From positions 1 through 28,828 of IMG/VR virus record IMGVR_UViG_3300025066_000115: DNA of 28,828 nucleotides; one strand, 5' to 3'. Both the position numbers and the translations under genes were made by a program. Shown one piece after another: positions 14,133 through 24,188 of this stretch. Numbering within the stretch: position 1 is the first letter of the stretch; each line of letters starts with the position of its first letter. The notes below the pieces were generated by a model that had not been told where the DNA came from, did not search any database, and was given only the letters and a program-made list of their open reading frames with translations. The DNA comes from a virus. Lineage: Duplodnaviria > Caudoviricetes.

Positions 14133-14501
14133 ATGGCATTAGTTAAGAAAAAAACCAGAAGAAAAATCAAAAGAAAGGCAGTAGGTGTTACTTCAGATAT
14201 ACTATCTGCACCAGCAAGGCTTAAGTCTTCAAGGTCAATAAAAAGAGATAATAAGGAGTTGGCCATTATTAAGCGAGCGAGGACAAAGTCACCAAGACGA
14301 AATCCGAATGGCTCTGTTGCATTGTGGCCTGACTTACAGGACTTATTAAATGAGGGTGAGGCAAAAAAGACAAAGGAAGAGATTAAGAAAAGACGAGCTA
14401 AAGCAAAGACTAAAGCAAAGAAGAAGGCAGATGCGAAGAAGAAAAGAGCGGCTCGTGAGAAGGCACTAACAAAGAAGATGAAAGGTGGATTTCGGCCGTA
14501 A
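14133..14501 (+). CDS. Very Lys/Arg-rich protein (possible DNA-condensing protein)
   Basis: 122 aa with long K/R/A tracts. Lies between terL and portal. Confidence 0.65.
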   Translation: MALVKKKTRRKIKRKAVGVTSDILSAPARLKSSRSIKRDNKELAIIKRARTKSPRRNPNGSVALWPDLQDLLNEGEAKKTKEEIKKRRAKAKTKAKKKADAKKKRAAREKALTKKMKGGFRP

Positions 14502-14512
14502 TATAAAATAAT

Positions 14513-16513
14513 ATGATAAAAAAAGAGATACGCGATAAAATCGTGAGTCAGGCTCTTTCAGAAATAGAATTTGCTCGTAAGCACAAGCAGGGGAAGATTG
14601 GGAACTGGGCTAAAAACGAGTCAATGTACTATGGAGTGAAGGTGAAGTCTGATGATTCAAGAGCGAATGTGGAACTAGGACGAATGCAAGAGTTCGTTCA
14701 TACGCTGATGTCTAAGATTGACGAACCGTTGAAGTTTAAGTTCGTTAAACGAAAGCCAGCACAGAAGCCTCGTGTTGAAAGACTTAACTCACTAGCATCA
14801 TTTGATGCGAACCGTGACTTCTGGGATCTTAAAGACCTTGTAGGAAAGAAGCAGGGTATTTTGTATGGTAGGGCTATGTATGCTTATCATGCTGATTCAC
14901 AGGACGGATATACACCGCACCTGGAGAACATTGATGTTTATGACTTCTTGATTGATCCTTCTGCTGGAGGTATTGATATTGATAAGGCTATGTTCATGGG
15001 TCGTTATGGGGTTGTAAAGACTAAGAGCCAGTTGAAGGCGGATAAGGGTCTATATATAAAGACTGAGATTAACAAGTTGATTGACGGTCATGGTAATGCC
15101 GATGAGAACAGTACTGAGGAGAACAACAAGAAGAACAGAACATCAGCACAGAACGTGACTGATACTGACAAGCAGATTGTTGACCCTGATAAGTATAAGT
15201 TCTGGGAGTGGTACACAACATATAATGGTGTGCGTTATTACCTATTGCTAAATGAGAATGGCGCTCGTGCTATTCGTTGTGAGGAGTTGAAGGATGTGTT
15301 TGCTAATAACGATTGGCCGATTTGGACATGGGCAGCATTTCCTGATTTGACAGAGTTCTGGACTCCTTCATATGCAGACTTTGTGCGTGAGATATTCATG
15401 GCGCAGTCAGTATCTGTAAACCAGATGCTTGATAATGCGGAGCAGATTAACAAACCCCAGAAATTGGTTGATGTTACAGCTCTAGAGAACTTGGCAGACA
15501 TTAAGTACAAGAAGGGGGGTGTTATTAGAACTAAGGGTGGTGTTGATGTACAGAAGGCAATGCAGATTGTAGAGACTCCTAGCATCAAGACTCCTTTGGA
15601 TGTATACGCCACTCTTGAGAGTATTCAGGAGAAGGCGCTGGGTATTACAGCAGCATCTAAGGGTGTAGCTGATACTGGTGGTAAAGCTACTATCTACGAA
15701 GGGAACCAGGCTAACACAGCTGATCGTTTCGGACTGTTGAATAAATCATATGCCTTTGGTTACCGACGTTTCGCTTCTCTATATGAGAATGGTGTACGAG
15801 AACACTTATCAAAGAAGATGGCAATAGATGTACTTGGGCCAAACGGAATTGATATTAAAGAGATTAGTAAGAAGGATATCTTCTGGAAGAACGATAAGTT
15901 CGGAGTTCAAGTAGAATCATCTGCTGCGGAAGAAGCGTTGTCAATTGCTGACAAGAGAGCTAAGTTGAACTTCCTACAGTCACAGAACGGAAGCCCCGTT
16001 ATTAATCCTCAGAAGTCAGTAGAAATCCAGGGGCAAATCTCTGGAATGACAGAGGAGCAGATGCGAGAGTTGCTGGATGTGTCTGAATTTGGAGATGCCA
16101 ACCTAATGGCAGAAGCAGATCGCGATATAGAAAGAATCCTCGAGGGAGAAGTATTCAAGCCAAACTTGCACGCTAATACAGCTTACCTACAACGATTTGT
16201 GGACTACTTCACAGACCATGAGGAAGATATTACGGCAGAACAGTTTGCTGGACTGGAGCGATACATGGCTTCACTGAACCCTATTGTTGTACAAAACATG
16301 GTTCGTGAACTGGAAATCCAGAAATTGAAGCAACAGGCAATGCAGATTTCATTGGCAGAAGACCCTAATGGGGTGACTTCTGGTGGGAATCCTACAAACC
16401 CTGCTGATGATACTAATCCTTTGAATGGGGGCGGTGGACGTATTCCAAAGCCACGAAGGATTATTGAAGAGACATCTCAAGAGATTACAAGTAATCAAGC
16501 TAACCAATTTTAA
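14513..16513 (+). CDS. Portal protein (P22-like)
   Basis: 666 aa, between terminase and scaffold. DVYDFLIDP, FWTPS..D..REI....S..VNQMLDN....NKP and ALGITAASKG....ATIY patterns. Confidence 0.88.
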   Translation: MIKKEIRDKIVSQALSEIEFARKHKQGKIGNWAKNESMYYGVKVKSDDSRANVELGRMQEFVHTLMSKIDEPLKFKFVKRKPAQKPRVERLNSLASFDANRDFWDLKDLVGKKQGILYGRAMYAYHADSQDGYTPHLENIDVYDFLIDPSAGGIDIDKAMFMGRYGVVKTKSQLKADKGLYIKTEINKLIDGHGNADENSTEENNKKNRTSAQNVTDTDKQIVDPDKYKFWEWYTTYNGVRYYLLLNENGARAIRCEELKDVFANNDWPIWTWAAFPDLTEFWTPSYADFVREIFMAQSVSVNQMLDNAEQINKPQKLVDVTALENLADIKYKKGGVIRTKGGVDVQKAMQIVETPSIKTPLDVYATLESIQEKALGITAASKGVADTGGKATIYEGNQANTADRFGLLNKSYAFGYRRFASLYENGVREHLSKKMAIDVLGPNGIDIKEISKKDIFWKNDKFGVQVESSAAEEALSIADKRAKLNFLQSQNGSPVINPQKSVEIQGQISGMTEEQMRELLDVSEFGDANLMAEADRDIERILEGEVFKPNLHANTAYLQRFVDYFTDHEEDITAEQFAGLERYMASLNPIVVQNMVRELEIQKLKQQAMQISLAEDPNGVTSGGNPTNPADDTNPLNGGGGRIPKPRRIIEETSQEITSNQANQF

Positions 16514-16515
16514 GA

Positions 16516-16920
16516 ATGACAAAATATACTTATAAGGTGATTGAAGAGAATGAAGATCCTTATGCTCAAATTATTGAGAAAGGTAATATTAGTGCGAAGT
16601 TTACCTTCGCAGAAATGAAGGCAGAACAACAGAAGGTTGATAAGACTATGGAACAGATAGATGCACAGCGTCGTATCCACGATGCTGAATGTAAGAACAT
16701 TGAAGATCATCATCCAGAAGTATTAGATGTTGACCCAGAACACCGTTCACACCTATGTACTTATCATATGGCTATCCAGAATCGTTCAGAACAAGCAGAC
16801 TTACTCAAAATATATAAGGATGCAAAGAAAGAGATTGCCGAAGAAATGGCAATCATCATGAAAGAACTTGATATTCCAGAAGTAGTTAACATAAGTGACC
16901 TAGCCAATGACGAAAAATAA
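16516..16920 (+). CDS. Hypothetical protein (helical/coiled coil)
   Basis: 134-aa ORF starting 2 nt after the portal stop. Confidence 0.75.
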   Translation: MTKYTYKVIEENEDPYAQIIEKGNISAKFTFAEMKAEQQKVDKTMEQIDAQRRIHDAECKNIEDHHPEVLDVDPEHRSHLCTYHMAIQNRSEQADLLKIYKDAKKEIAEEMAIIMKELDIPEVVNISDLANDEK

Positions 16921-17191
16921 AACAGAAGAAATGAAGGAGGATATCAGCAAGTACGCGGAAATTGCTGTTATTGCTCAAACTAAGGGCGGGAAAGTTCTTG
17001 TTGACACTCTTAGACAAGATACAGCTAATGCTGTAGAGACATTGTCTAATTCCTTTAAGGATAAAAGTCACGTGGAGTTGATAGCTCTGTGTGCTGACCT
17101 TAAGGCTAAGTTAGACCTTTATCGGGTTCTAATTAAGGCAGAAGGCAACAAGAAAGAGATTGAGGAACTATTAGAAGAAGAGCTTCAATAG
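16907..17191 (+). CDS. Small helical head-module protein
   Basis: 94 aa with a TKGGKVL motif, in the usual portal-to-scaffold position. Confidence 0.7.
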   Translation: MTKNKTEEMKEDISKYAEIAVIAQTKGGKVLVDTLRQDTANAVETLSNSFKDKSHVELIALCADLKAKLDLYRVLIKAEGNKKEIEELLEEELQ

Positions 17192-17196
17192 CACAT

Positions 17197-17261
17197 CGCA
17201 AGGTGTGTCTTGCGCCTGTCAGCTTCCCATTCGGCTGTCGGACGCAGGACTTACCTTACGA
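17197..17261 (+). other. Long imperfect intergenic RNA hairpin
   Basis: TCGCAAGGT/ACCTTACGA, GTCTTGCG/CGCAGGAC and CAGC/GCTG arms, with no U tract. Confidence 0.6.
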
Positions 17262-17263
17262 GA

Positions 17264-17294
17264 TTGTCACAAGGACATTTATAAGGTATAATTA
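17264..17294 (+). promoter_or_regulatory. sigma70-type promoter for scaffold/capsid
   Basis: TTGTCA(17264)-N17-TATAAT(17287). Confidence 0.7.
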
Positions 17295-17367
17295 CTAATA
17301 ACGAGGGTAAACTCGGTCAAGTTTATCAGAGAGGCACTTACCTCGCTTTAAATAAAAAGGATAAAAT

Positions 17368-18132
17368 ATGAATGAAGAAACACCTACTCAACCTGAAGAG
17401 GATACAAAACCTCAGGAACAGGAAGAAGCGCCTGAAGAAGAAAAAGCTGAAGATGTCAATGATGCTACTGAGACAGAAGAGAAGGCTCCAGCGGCTGAAG
17501 AGACTATTGGTGACTCACTACCTGCGTCTGAAAAGACAAAGAAGGGTGGTAAACCAGACACAATACCTTTTGATGTATTTGAAAACATGAAGAAGGAATT
17601 GAAAGAAGAGATTCGTTCTCTTAAAGATGATAAAGATACAAAGGAATCCGTTGTTGGAGACCTAGATCTTAAAGATCTGTCATCTAAGCATGACGTTAGC
17701 CAGGAGTTCCTTGCTGACTTTGCACAAGCTATTGAGGGGAAAGCAATATCAAAGTTTGAAGATAGATTCAAAGGCATTGAGGCCAAAGAAGCTGCTGCAG
17801 AATTTGATAAGAAATTTGCAACTCTATTAGATAACGCACTTGAGATTTCGCCAGATTATTCTGACATAATCAATGCTGACGTTATTAAGACGCTAGCCCA
17901 AAAACCAGAGAACCAAGATAAGACAGTATCTAAACTTATCGAGGAGACCTATGGCAAAGCTGTTACTGGACGACGCTCTGCTGAAACAACGACACCAGGA
18001 GGGGGACAAGAACCTCAGAAATTAGATCTTAATAAGGCACAAACAGACCCTGCATACTTCAAAGAAGTGATGGCAGACCCAACTCTTAAAAAAGAGTACA
18101 ACGAAGGCCTAGAGAAAAGAATTAACTTCTAA
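17368..18132 (+). CDS. Capsid scaffolding protein
   Basis: Acidic disordered N-terminus, DTIPFDVF motif and coiled coil. Directly upstream of the capsid gene. Confidence 0.8.
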   Translation: MNEETPTQPEEDTKPQEQEEAPEEEKAEDVNDATETEEKAPAAEETIGDSLPASEKTKKGGKPDTIPFDVFENMKKELKEEIRSLKDDKDTKESVVGDLDLKDLSSKHDVSQEFLADFAQAIEGKAISKFEDRFKGIEAKEAAAEFDKKFATLLDNALEISPDYSDIINADVIKTLAQKPENQDKTVSKLIEETYGKAVTGRRSAETTTPGGGQEPQKLDLNKAQTDPAYFKEVMADPTLKKEYNEGLEKRINF

Positions 18133-18172
18133 TCTTGAGAATGGGTTAATTAGTATTTAACCTTACAAATAA

Positions 18173-19390
18173 ATGGCATTAAACGATTTCCAAGAGAAAT
18201 TTGATAATAGTTACCAAGAAATCTTCCAGAAAGTATTGGTTTCAAAACCTATTGCAAACTCTCGATTCATGAGTGAATTAACTTATGGAGAATCTTTGGA
18301 ACGATTCGCTTACGACATCTCAGGTGTTCAAGTGCGAGACGTGACACGAGGTTCAGCTTCAACAATCGACACAATAACTGACTCAACAGAATTGATTCAA
18401 GTTAACATCGAAAAAGAAGCAACATTCCACCTATCAGATGGTGAAATGACTCAAGCAGGTCCACTTAGCCCAGGAGAAGTGATTGGAGGAAAGGTAGCAA
18501 AGAAAGTTGCTATTGACCTTGACGCACGATTCTTCGGAGAAGTGTCAAACGCAAATAACACTTTTGACACAGGAGACCTAACTACTTTAGCTTCAACAGG
18601 TACACCTATTACTTTGAGCAACACAACTGTTCCTCAAATGGTGGCACGAATGAACGCTAAACTACAATACGCAGAGAACATTGATACTTCATCAAACATG
18701 GCTCTTGTTGTAGACGCTTACGCAGTAGCAGATATTGAAGAATACCTATTGAGTAAGAACATTGACCTTGCTGGAGCAACATTCCGAAACGGATACGCAG
18801 GTTCAGTAAACGGAGCAGAGGTATATGTTTCTAACAACCTAACAGGAGAAGTAGTGTTGGGACTAGCAACAAACCCTACTGATGGAGATACAATAACTGT
18901 TAACGGAATTGTATTCACTTTTGAAGCTACTCTAGCAACAGCAGGAGGACTTCACATCGGATCAGCAGTTGATGCTACACGAGCAAACGCAGCAGTAGCT
19001 ATGAACGCTATTGATACAGCGATTGCAGAAGCAACAGACACTGGTTACCAAGTTCTTTCAGCAGCAGACCAAGCTACTTGGAATGCTCTACAAGTTACAG
19101 CAACAGACTCAGCATCAGCTGACACGTTGACACTTGTATGTAAAGGAGCTGGACGACTTATCGTTTCAGAAACTCTTACAGATGGTACAGATACATTTGA
19201 AAGTCCATTCATCCACTCTTACTTTGGTAAGAAAGGAGCAATTGACTTGGTTACACAAGACGTGTCACCAGTTGACGTACGAAAGACAGCTGACCGAAGA
19301 GGATCAAACATCTTCTCAAGTTACCTAGCTGGAATCAAAACTTTCGCAGACGGAGCAAAGCAGTTCCTAGATGTAAAAATCATTGCGTAG
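18173..19390 (+). CDS. Major capsid protein (P22 coat-like HK97 fold) with an internal insertion
   Basis: 405 aa with strongly biased codon usage. GESL, FRNGYAGSVNGAEVYVSNNL and C-terminal YLAGIKTF patterns. Confidence 0.88.
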   Translation: MALNDFQEKFDNSYQEIFQKVLVSKPIANSRFMSELTYGESLERFAYDISGVQVRDVTRGSASTIDTITDSTELIQVNIEKEATFHLSDGEMTQAGPLSPGEVIGGKVAKKVAIDLDARFFGEVSNANNTFDTGDLTTLASTGTPITLSNTTVPQMVARMNAKLQYAENIDTSSNMALVVDAYAVADIEEYLLSKNIDLAGATFRNGYAGSVNGAEVYVSNNLTGEVVLGLATNPTDGDTITVNGIVFTFEATLATAGGLHIGSAVDATRANAAVAMNAIDTAIAEATDTGYQVLSAADQATWNALQVTATDSASADTLTLVCKGAGRLIVSETLTDGTDTFESPFIHSYFGKKGAIDLVTQDVSPVDVRKTADRRGSNIFSSYLAGIKTFADGAKQFLDVKIIA

Positions 19391-19395
19391 TTTAC

Positions 19396-19439
19396 GACTC
19401 AATTCTACACTTCACTCTATGGAGTGTGGGGTTTGGGTT
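19396..19439 (+). other. G-U-rich hairpin after the capsid gene
   Basis: GACTCAA/TTGGGTT and TTCTACACTTCA/TGGAGTGTGGGG arms. Confidence 0.55.
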
Positions 19440-19457
19440 ATAAATTAAACAAATAGT

Positions 19458-20084
19458 ATGACAGCAGCCAATATCATTAAAAAGTTTGAATTATTCATGG
19501 ACGACACTACAGAGCTTTCGTCTGATGAAGCGTTAGATTTAGTAAATAAGGTATACCAATTCGTATGTATGCAGAACGAGTGGGCATTTCTTCATAAGGA
19601 GTTCTCAGGTACACAGTCAACATCTGTGGATTATATTGCATTACCTAGCGACTTTGCTTACGTTGCATCTAACCGAAACTACTCTGATATAACAGCTTAT
19701 GAGGCTTCTAATCCTGTAGTATTTGTTGGAACAGAGTATTCTCCTGTGAAGATTGTATCTTACGCTGATCGTCGCCAGTATCTTAACCAAGACGGTTATG
19801 CGTATGTTGATTTAGACAATGACCGATTGGTGTTCACAAAGCAGCCAGCGTCAGCTAAGTCTGTAGAATTTGACTATCATGCTGTACCTACTGATTTAAC
19901 AACATCTACTTCACCAGTATTCCCAGATAGATTCCACGATGTTATCTATCATGGAATGTGTGTGGACGATTTTATTATTCAACAGTCTGACAAGGCTAAG
20001 TCATATGCTCGTGAGAATGATGCTAAGTATAATACATACTTAGATAGTATGATTATGTGGAATAGTCGGTTTGCAGTATTATAA
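19458..20084 (+). CDS. Head-tail adaptor protein
   Basis: WAFL, YIALPSDF, P....SVEFDY and PVFPDRFHDVI motifs. Follows the capsid gene. Confidence 0.75.
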   Translation: MTAANIIKKFELFMDDTTELSSDEALDLVNKVYQFVCMQNEWAFLHKEFSGTQSTSVDYIALPSDFAYVASNRNYSDITAYEASNPVVFVGTEYSPVKIVSYADRRQYLNQDGYAYVDLDNDRLVFTKQPASAKSVEFDYHAVPTDLTTSTSPVFPDRFHDVIYHGMCVDDFIIQQSDKAKSYARENDAKYNTYLDSMIMWNSRFAVL

Positions 20085-20086
20085 TT

Positions 20087-21961
20087 ATGGAGAAAAAAGA
20101 AATTAAAGGATTTGCATCAGGAACACATAACCTTCTTCAGGATGAAATAATTCCTGACGATGCTGCTTCTAACTCTTTAGGCTGGATAACTCGTGATGGG
20201 AGAGTGAAACTTGCTAATGGACGACGAACTGTCGGAGGTGATGGTGCTGCTGGAAAAAGTTATATGGAACATACGGGGTACCGCGCAGATGGTACTGCGG
20301 TTCGTTTTCGTAAAGTAGGAACTGCTATCCAGGCTCTTGTGTCAGATGTGTGGACAGATGTTGTTACTGGGCTTACTGAGACAGCTGATTATGTTGGAGC
20401 TAACTACCAGTCACTTGCTGGGGCATTTACATATTTCTTTGGAGAGGACGGTATTTACAAAGTATGTACAGCCAATCCTACAGACAATACATCTTTATAT
20501 GTAGAAGACACCAATTTCAAAGGATTTGCCTTTATTGACAGCGGACGTACTGTATTGTGGGGTAGAAAAGACGACCCAACAGGACTCTATGGTTCATGGA
20601 TTGATAGTCAAGACGGCGTTGATGCTGGTCTTGGGGTGTACACAACAGTGGCGAGTGAGGCAACAACATCATTGTCAGGAACACTAGCCTTCAAGGCTGG
20701 TGGTGCTACACGCACATGTTTTGCGGTAGAGCTTACTATTACAGGTTCAGGTGAAGTGTATACTGATGACTTCAATGGTGTTCTTACTGGAGATGCTGGA
20801 GGAACAGGAACTATTAACTACACAACGGGCGCGTATACTGTGTCAAATGCAGGAGTAGGAACTGTAGACTATCAGTGGGAGGATAGTAACTTACGTGGAG
20901 TTACGGACTATCGAAAAGCGTCACCACGACAGGCTGGTGAAGGATTTGTTATTCGTCAGGACGCAGGAGGTGACTTGATTCAGACAGTTATCCCTCTTGA
21001 TGGTTCATACTTCTCCTTGAAGGAAAGCTCATGTTACAAGTTCACATTGGATGCTGCGGATACAGACCCTACTAATGAGATCTTCCGAACAGATATTGGT
21101 GTAGCTACATTACGCTCTGCTGTTGGTACAGGACTGGGTATTATCTTTATGAATACCGCTAACGAGTCTAAGCCACGATTGAGTATTATTGAACGAAACC
21201 CTCTTGGTGATAACTTCACAAGTAAGGATATGTTCCCTCACTTTAAGTTTGAGGACTATACATATGCTGATACTGCTATTGACAGCTGGGATACTTATAT
21301 TGTAGTTGCTTGTCGTGAGGATTCTGATGATAATAACCGACTGTTATTGTGCGACGTTAAGGCTGATACTGTAGATTCTGTGGGATACGGCGTGCGTACC
21401 TTTACTAAGAACGCAGGAGTTCTGTATGGTGGTGATTCAGTATCTACTGCAACACATGAACTGTTCACAGGGTTTGATGACCTTGGCATTTCAATAACTA
21501 ACTTCTGGGAGTCTAAGAACGAGGAGTTTGAAAATAATGAACTTAAGAGAGTGAAACGACTACGTTTCAAGGGACTTATTGCACCAGACCAGAATGTATC
21601 AGTATATATCAGCCTTGATGACGGAGGAGAACAGCTGATCGGTACTATTCGTGGCGACGGTTCTTATGTAGATGGCTCAGCGACTCACGCTGTGGGTACA
21701 TATATGGTGGGTAATGAGGTAATAGGAGGTGACGATACTGTGAATGTGTCAGATTACTACATGGAAATTAAGGCTAAAATGTCTAAATTCCAGAAGAGAA
21801 AGCTGAGATTTGTGGCCAATGCCATTGGGTATTTTGACCTGGAAAGTATTGAAGACCATGACATATGGCGTTATCAGGATAAAATTCCAGCGAAATACCG
21901 AATTAAGCAGAATGTAAGCCTTGATGGTGAGACCACAGATTTGGACAATCCACAATATTAA
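20087..21961 (+). CDS. Tail nozzle / DNA stabilization protein (P22 gp10 / T7 gp12-like)
   Basis: 624 aa, beta-rich, after the adaptor. C-terminal WESK......KRVKRLR pattern. Confidence 0.7.
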   Translation: MEKKEIKGFASGTHNLLQDEIIPDDAASNSLGWITRDGRVKLANGRRTVGGDGAAGKSYMEHTGYRADGTAVRFRKVGTAIQALVSDVWTDVVTGLTETADYVGANYQSLAGAFTYFFGEDGIYKVCTANPTDNTSLYVEDTNFKGFAFIDSGRTVLWGRKDDPTGLYGSWIDSQDGVDAGLGVYTTVASEATTSLSGTLAFKAGGATRTCFAVELTITGSGEVYTDDFNGVLTGDAGGTGTINYTTGAYTVSNAGVGTVDYQWEDSNLRGVTDYRKASPRQAGEGFVIRQDAGGDLIQTVIPLDGSYFSLKESSCYKFTLDAADTDPTNEIFRTDIGVATLRSAVGTGLGIIFMNTANESKPRLSIIERNPLGDNFTSKDMFPHFKFEDYTYADTAIDSWDTYIVVACREDSDDNNRLLLCDVKADTVDSVGYGVRTFTKNAGVLYGGDSVSTATHELFTGFDDLGISITNFWESKNEEFENNELKRVKRLRFKGLIAPDQNVSVYISLDDGGEQLIGTIRGDGSYVDGSATHAVGTYMVGNEVIGGDDTVNVSDYYMEIKAKMSKFQKRKLRFVANAIGYFDLESIEDHDIWRYQDKIPAKYRIKQNVSLDGETTDLDNPQY

Positions 21962-22003
21962 GGTATAATTAGTAACAAACGAGTGGGAATTTAATTACAA
22001 TAC

Positions 22004-24181
22004 ATGTCAGTAAATATAAGAAAGGTTGTAGCCGACTTCAATACAAGTCTTAGTACGAAAATTTCCGCTGGAGACACTACTTTTACATTATCATCTGCTA
22101 CAGATGATAGTTCTGTTGTGCTTGCAGACGGTCAATACTGTTTCACGATTAACAATGGATCATCAAACAAGGAGTACCTTGTAGGTACACTTGATGGGTC
22201 TACAAAGATTGTGACAGCAGTTAGTACAGTAACACGCCAAGGTGTAGAGACATCTGGTGCTGTTAATGAACACCGTGTAGGTTCACCTGTGATTATCTCA
22301 GATTTCACAGCTATTTTGGACGTTGTTAAGACTCTTCGTGGTGAAAAAGACCTTGATGGCGACAACCCTATTGAATATGATGCAGAGCCTACTCTAGCAA
22401 GCCGAACTGAGGTTGCTACTGTCGGATACGTTTTGGATAACACTAACGGAGGTACTGTATCTGTTGCAGGTCTTATCGTTGCTGGTAACGGTGGTGAGGT
22501 TCTTGCCGCTGGAGACGTAGTATTCTTTGATACTGCTGACCAAGAGTGGAAATTGGCTGATGCTGATACTACTTATGGTGATGATGTGCAGTTTGGTATC
22601 GCACAAGGCGCTGGTACAGACGGAGGTGCTATCACTGGAGGTGTATTGGTACGTGGTGTTGATGATAACCAGACAGGCCTAACTGCTGGTGCTACACAGT
22701 ATGTTTCCGCTACTGCTGGAGATTTAACAGAATCAGCTCCTACTAACGACATCTTTGCAGGTGTTGCTCTAAGCACTACTGATATTCTGGTAAACTTTGA
22801 GAACAGGATTACTGACTATATTGATACTGATGACCTAACACAATCTGCTGACTTACAAACTCAGACAACATCTACAAATACTATTGAGGCTGGTGAAGCT
22901 GACGCAACAACTAAGAAGAATAGTCTTGCACAGTCATTTACAGCGTCTAAAACTAAGATGCGAGGATTTAAATTGCACAAGAAAGCAGATACGGGAACAT
23001 TCACAGGTAACGTGGTTGTAACTCTTCAGGCAGATAGTTCAGGAGAACCAAGTGGATCAGCTCTTGCAACAGCAACTATTTCTAATGCTAATTGGTTGTT
23101 ACTAACGGACGATGCAGAATTTGAAGCCATTTTTGCTTCTGAGTATACATCATTGACAGTTGGAGATACTTACTGGATTGATGTACAACCATCTACTTCA
23201 GACAACTCAAATCATCCAAACCTAGGTGGAGATACTTCAGGTGGTGACGGAACTCTTTATTACAACAACACAACTGACGGCTGGACTCAAATTACTAGTG
23301 CGTACTTGTACTACAAAACAATGGAGGGTAATACTAATCAGGTTGTAAAGACTGGTTCGACAGGCAAAATCGACCCTGAACTAATATTAAGTCAAGAAAC
23401 ATTCACTGCATCTGGAACATGGACAAAACCCTCATCAGGAACAATGGTACTGGTTCAAGCGTGGGGTGCAGGTGGCTCTGGTGGTGCTGGTTCTGAAGAC
23501 GATGATGGAAATGCTGCTGGAAATGGTGGTGGTGGTGGCTCTGGCGCTTACACAGAAAGGTGGATTAACTTCGCTGAATTAGGGAGTACAGAGACTGTAA
23601 CTGTTGGTGCGGGGGGTGCAGCAAAAGTGGAGACAGACAACTCTGCTAACGGAAATCCAGGAGGAGTATCCTCATTTGGCTCTATTGTTTATGCTTATGG
23701 AGGCGGAGGCGGAGGTTCATCAACATCACCATCGGCTGTATCTTATGGAGGCGGAGGCGGAGGGTTATTCGGTGTTGGAGATAATGGTGATACAACCGCT
23801 ATTGGAGAAGCGGGCGCTCCTGGGACACCTCTTTATGGAGGAAATGGGTTAGCTGTTGGTATTTACAGTGTTGTTGGAGGAAAGGGTACTGGTGCAGGTG
23901 GTGGAAGTGGTGCTGGCTCTGATTCTATCTTCTCAGGGGCTGGTGGTGGAGGAGGACATGCGACTGGAGATGACGCAAATTCAGCCGCTGGTGGGACTTC
24001 ACAAATTGGAGGAAATGGAGGTGCTGGGGCTGGTACTACAAATGGTGATGCTACTGCCACAGCTGGTTCAGTACCAGGAGGGGGTGGGGGAGGTGCTGGG
24101 TGCGCTCGTTTTGCAGAAGGACAGGTTACAGCAACATCTGGAGCTGGTGGAGACGGACAGATCATTGTAACTGTAATTTAA
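22004..24181 (+). CDS. Tail fibre/spike-like protein with a glycine-rich C-terminal domain
   Basis: FTASGTWTKP...VQAWGAGGSGG...GAGGDGQIIV glycine-rich domain, and a central WKLADAD...GLTAGATQYVS...G.L structural module. Confidence 0.75.
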   Translation: MSVNIRKVVADFNTSLSTKISAGDTTFTLSSATDDSSVVLADGQYCFTINNGSSNKEYLVGTLDGSTKIVTAVSTVTRQGVETSGAVNEHRVGSPVIISDFTAILDVVKTLRGEKDLDGDNPIEYDAEPTLASRTEVATVGYVLDNTNGGTVSVAGLIVAGNGGEVLAAGDVVFFDTADQEWKLADADTTYGDDVQFGIAQGAGTDGGAITGGVLVRGVDDNQTGLTAGATQYVSATAGDLTESAPTNDIFAGVALSTTDILVNFENRITDYIDTDDLTQSADLQTQTTSTNTIEAGEADATTKKNSLAQSFTASKTKMRGFKLHKKADTGTFTGNVVVTLQADSSGEPSGSALATATISNANWLLLTDDAEFEAIFASEYTSLTVGDTYWIDVQPSTSDNSNHPNLGGDTSGGDGTLYYNNTTDGWTQITSAYLYYKTMEGNTNQVVKTGSTGKIDPELILSQETFTASGTWTKPSSGTMVLVQAWGAGGSGGAGSEDDDGNAAGNGGGGGSGAYTERWINFAELGSTETVTVGAGGAAKVETDNSANGNPGGVSSFGSIVYAYGGGGGGSSTSPSAVSYGGGGGGLFGVGDNGDTTAIGEAGAPGTPLYGGNGLAVGIYSVVGGKGTGAGGGSGAGSDSIFSGAGGGGGHATGDDANSAAGGTSQIGGNGGAGAGTTNGDATATAGSVPGGGGGGAGCARFAEGQVTATSGAGGDGQIIVTVI

Positions 24182-24188
24182 TATTAAT

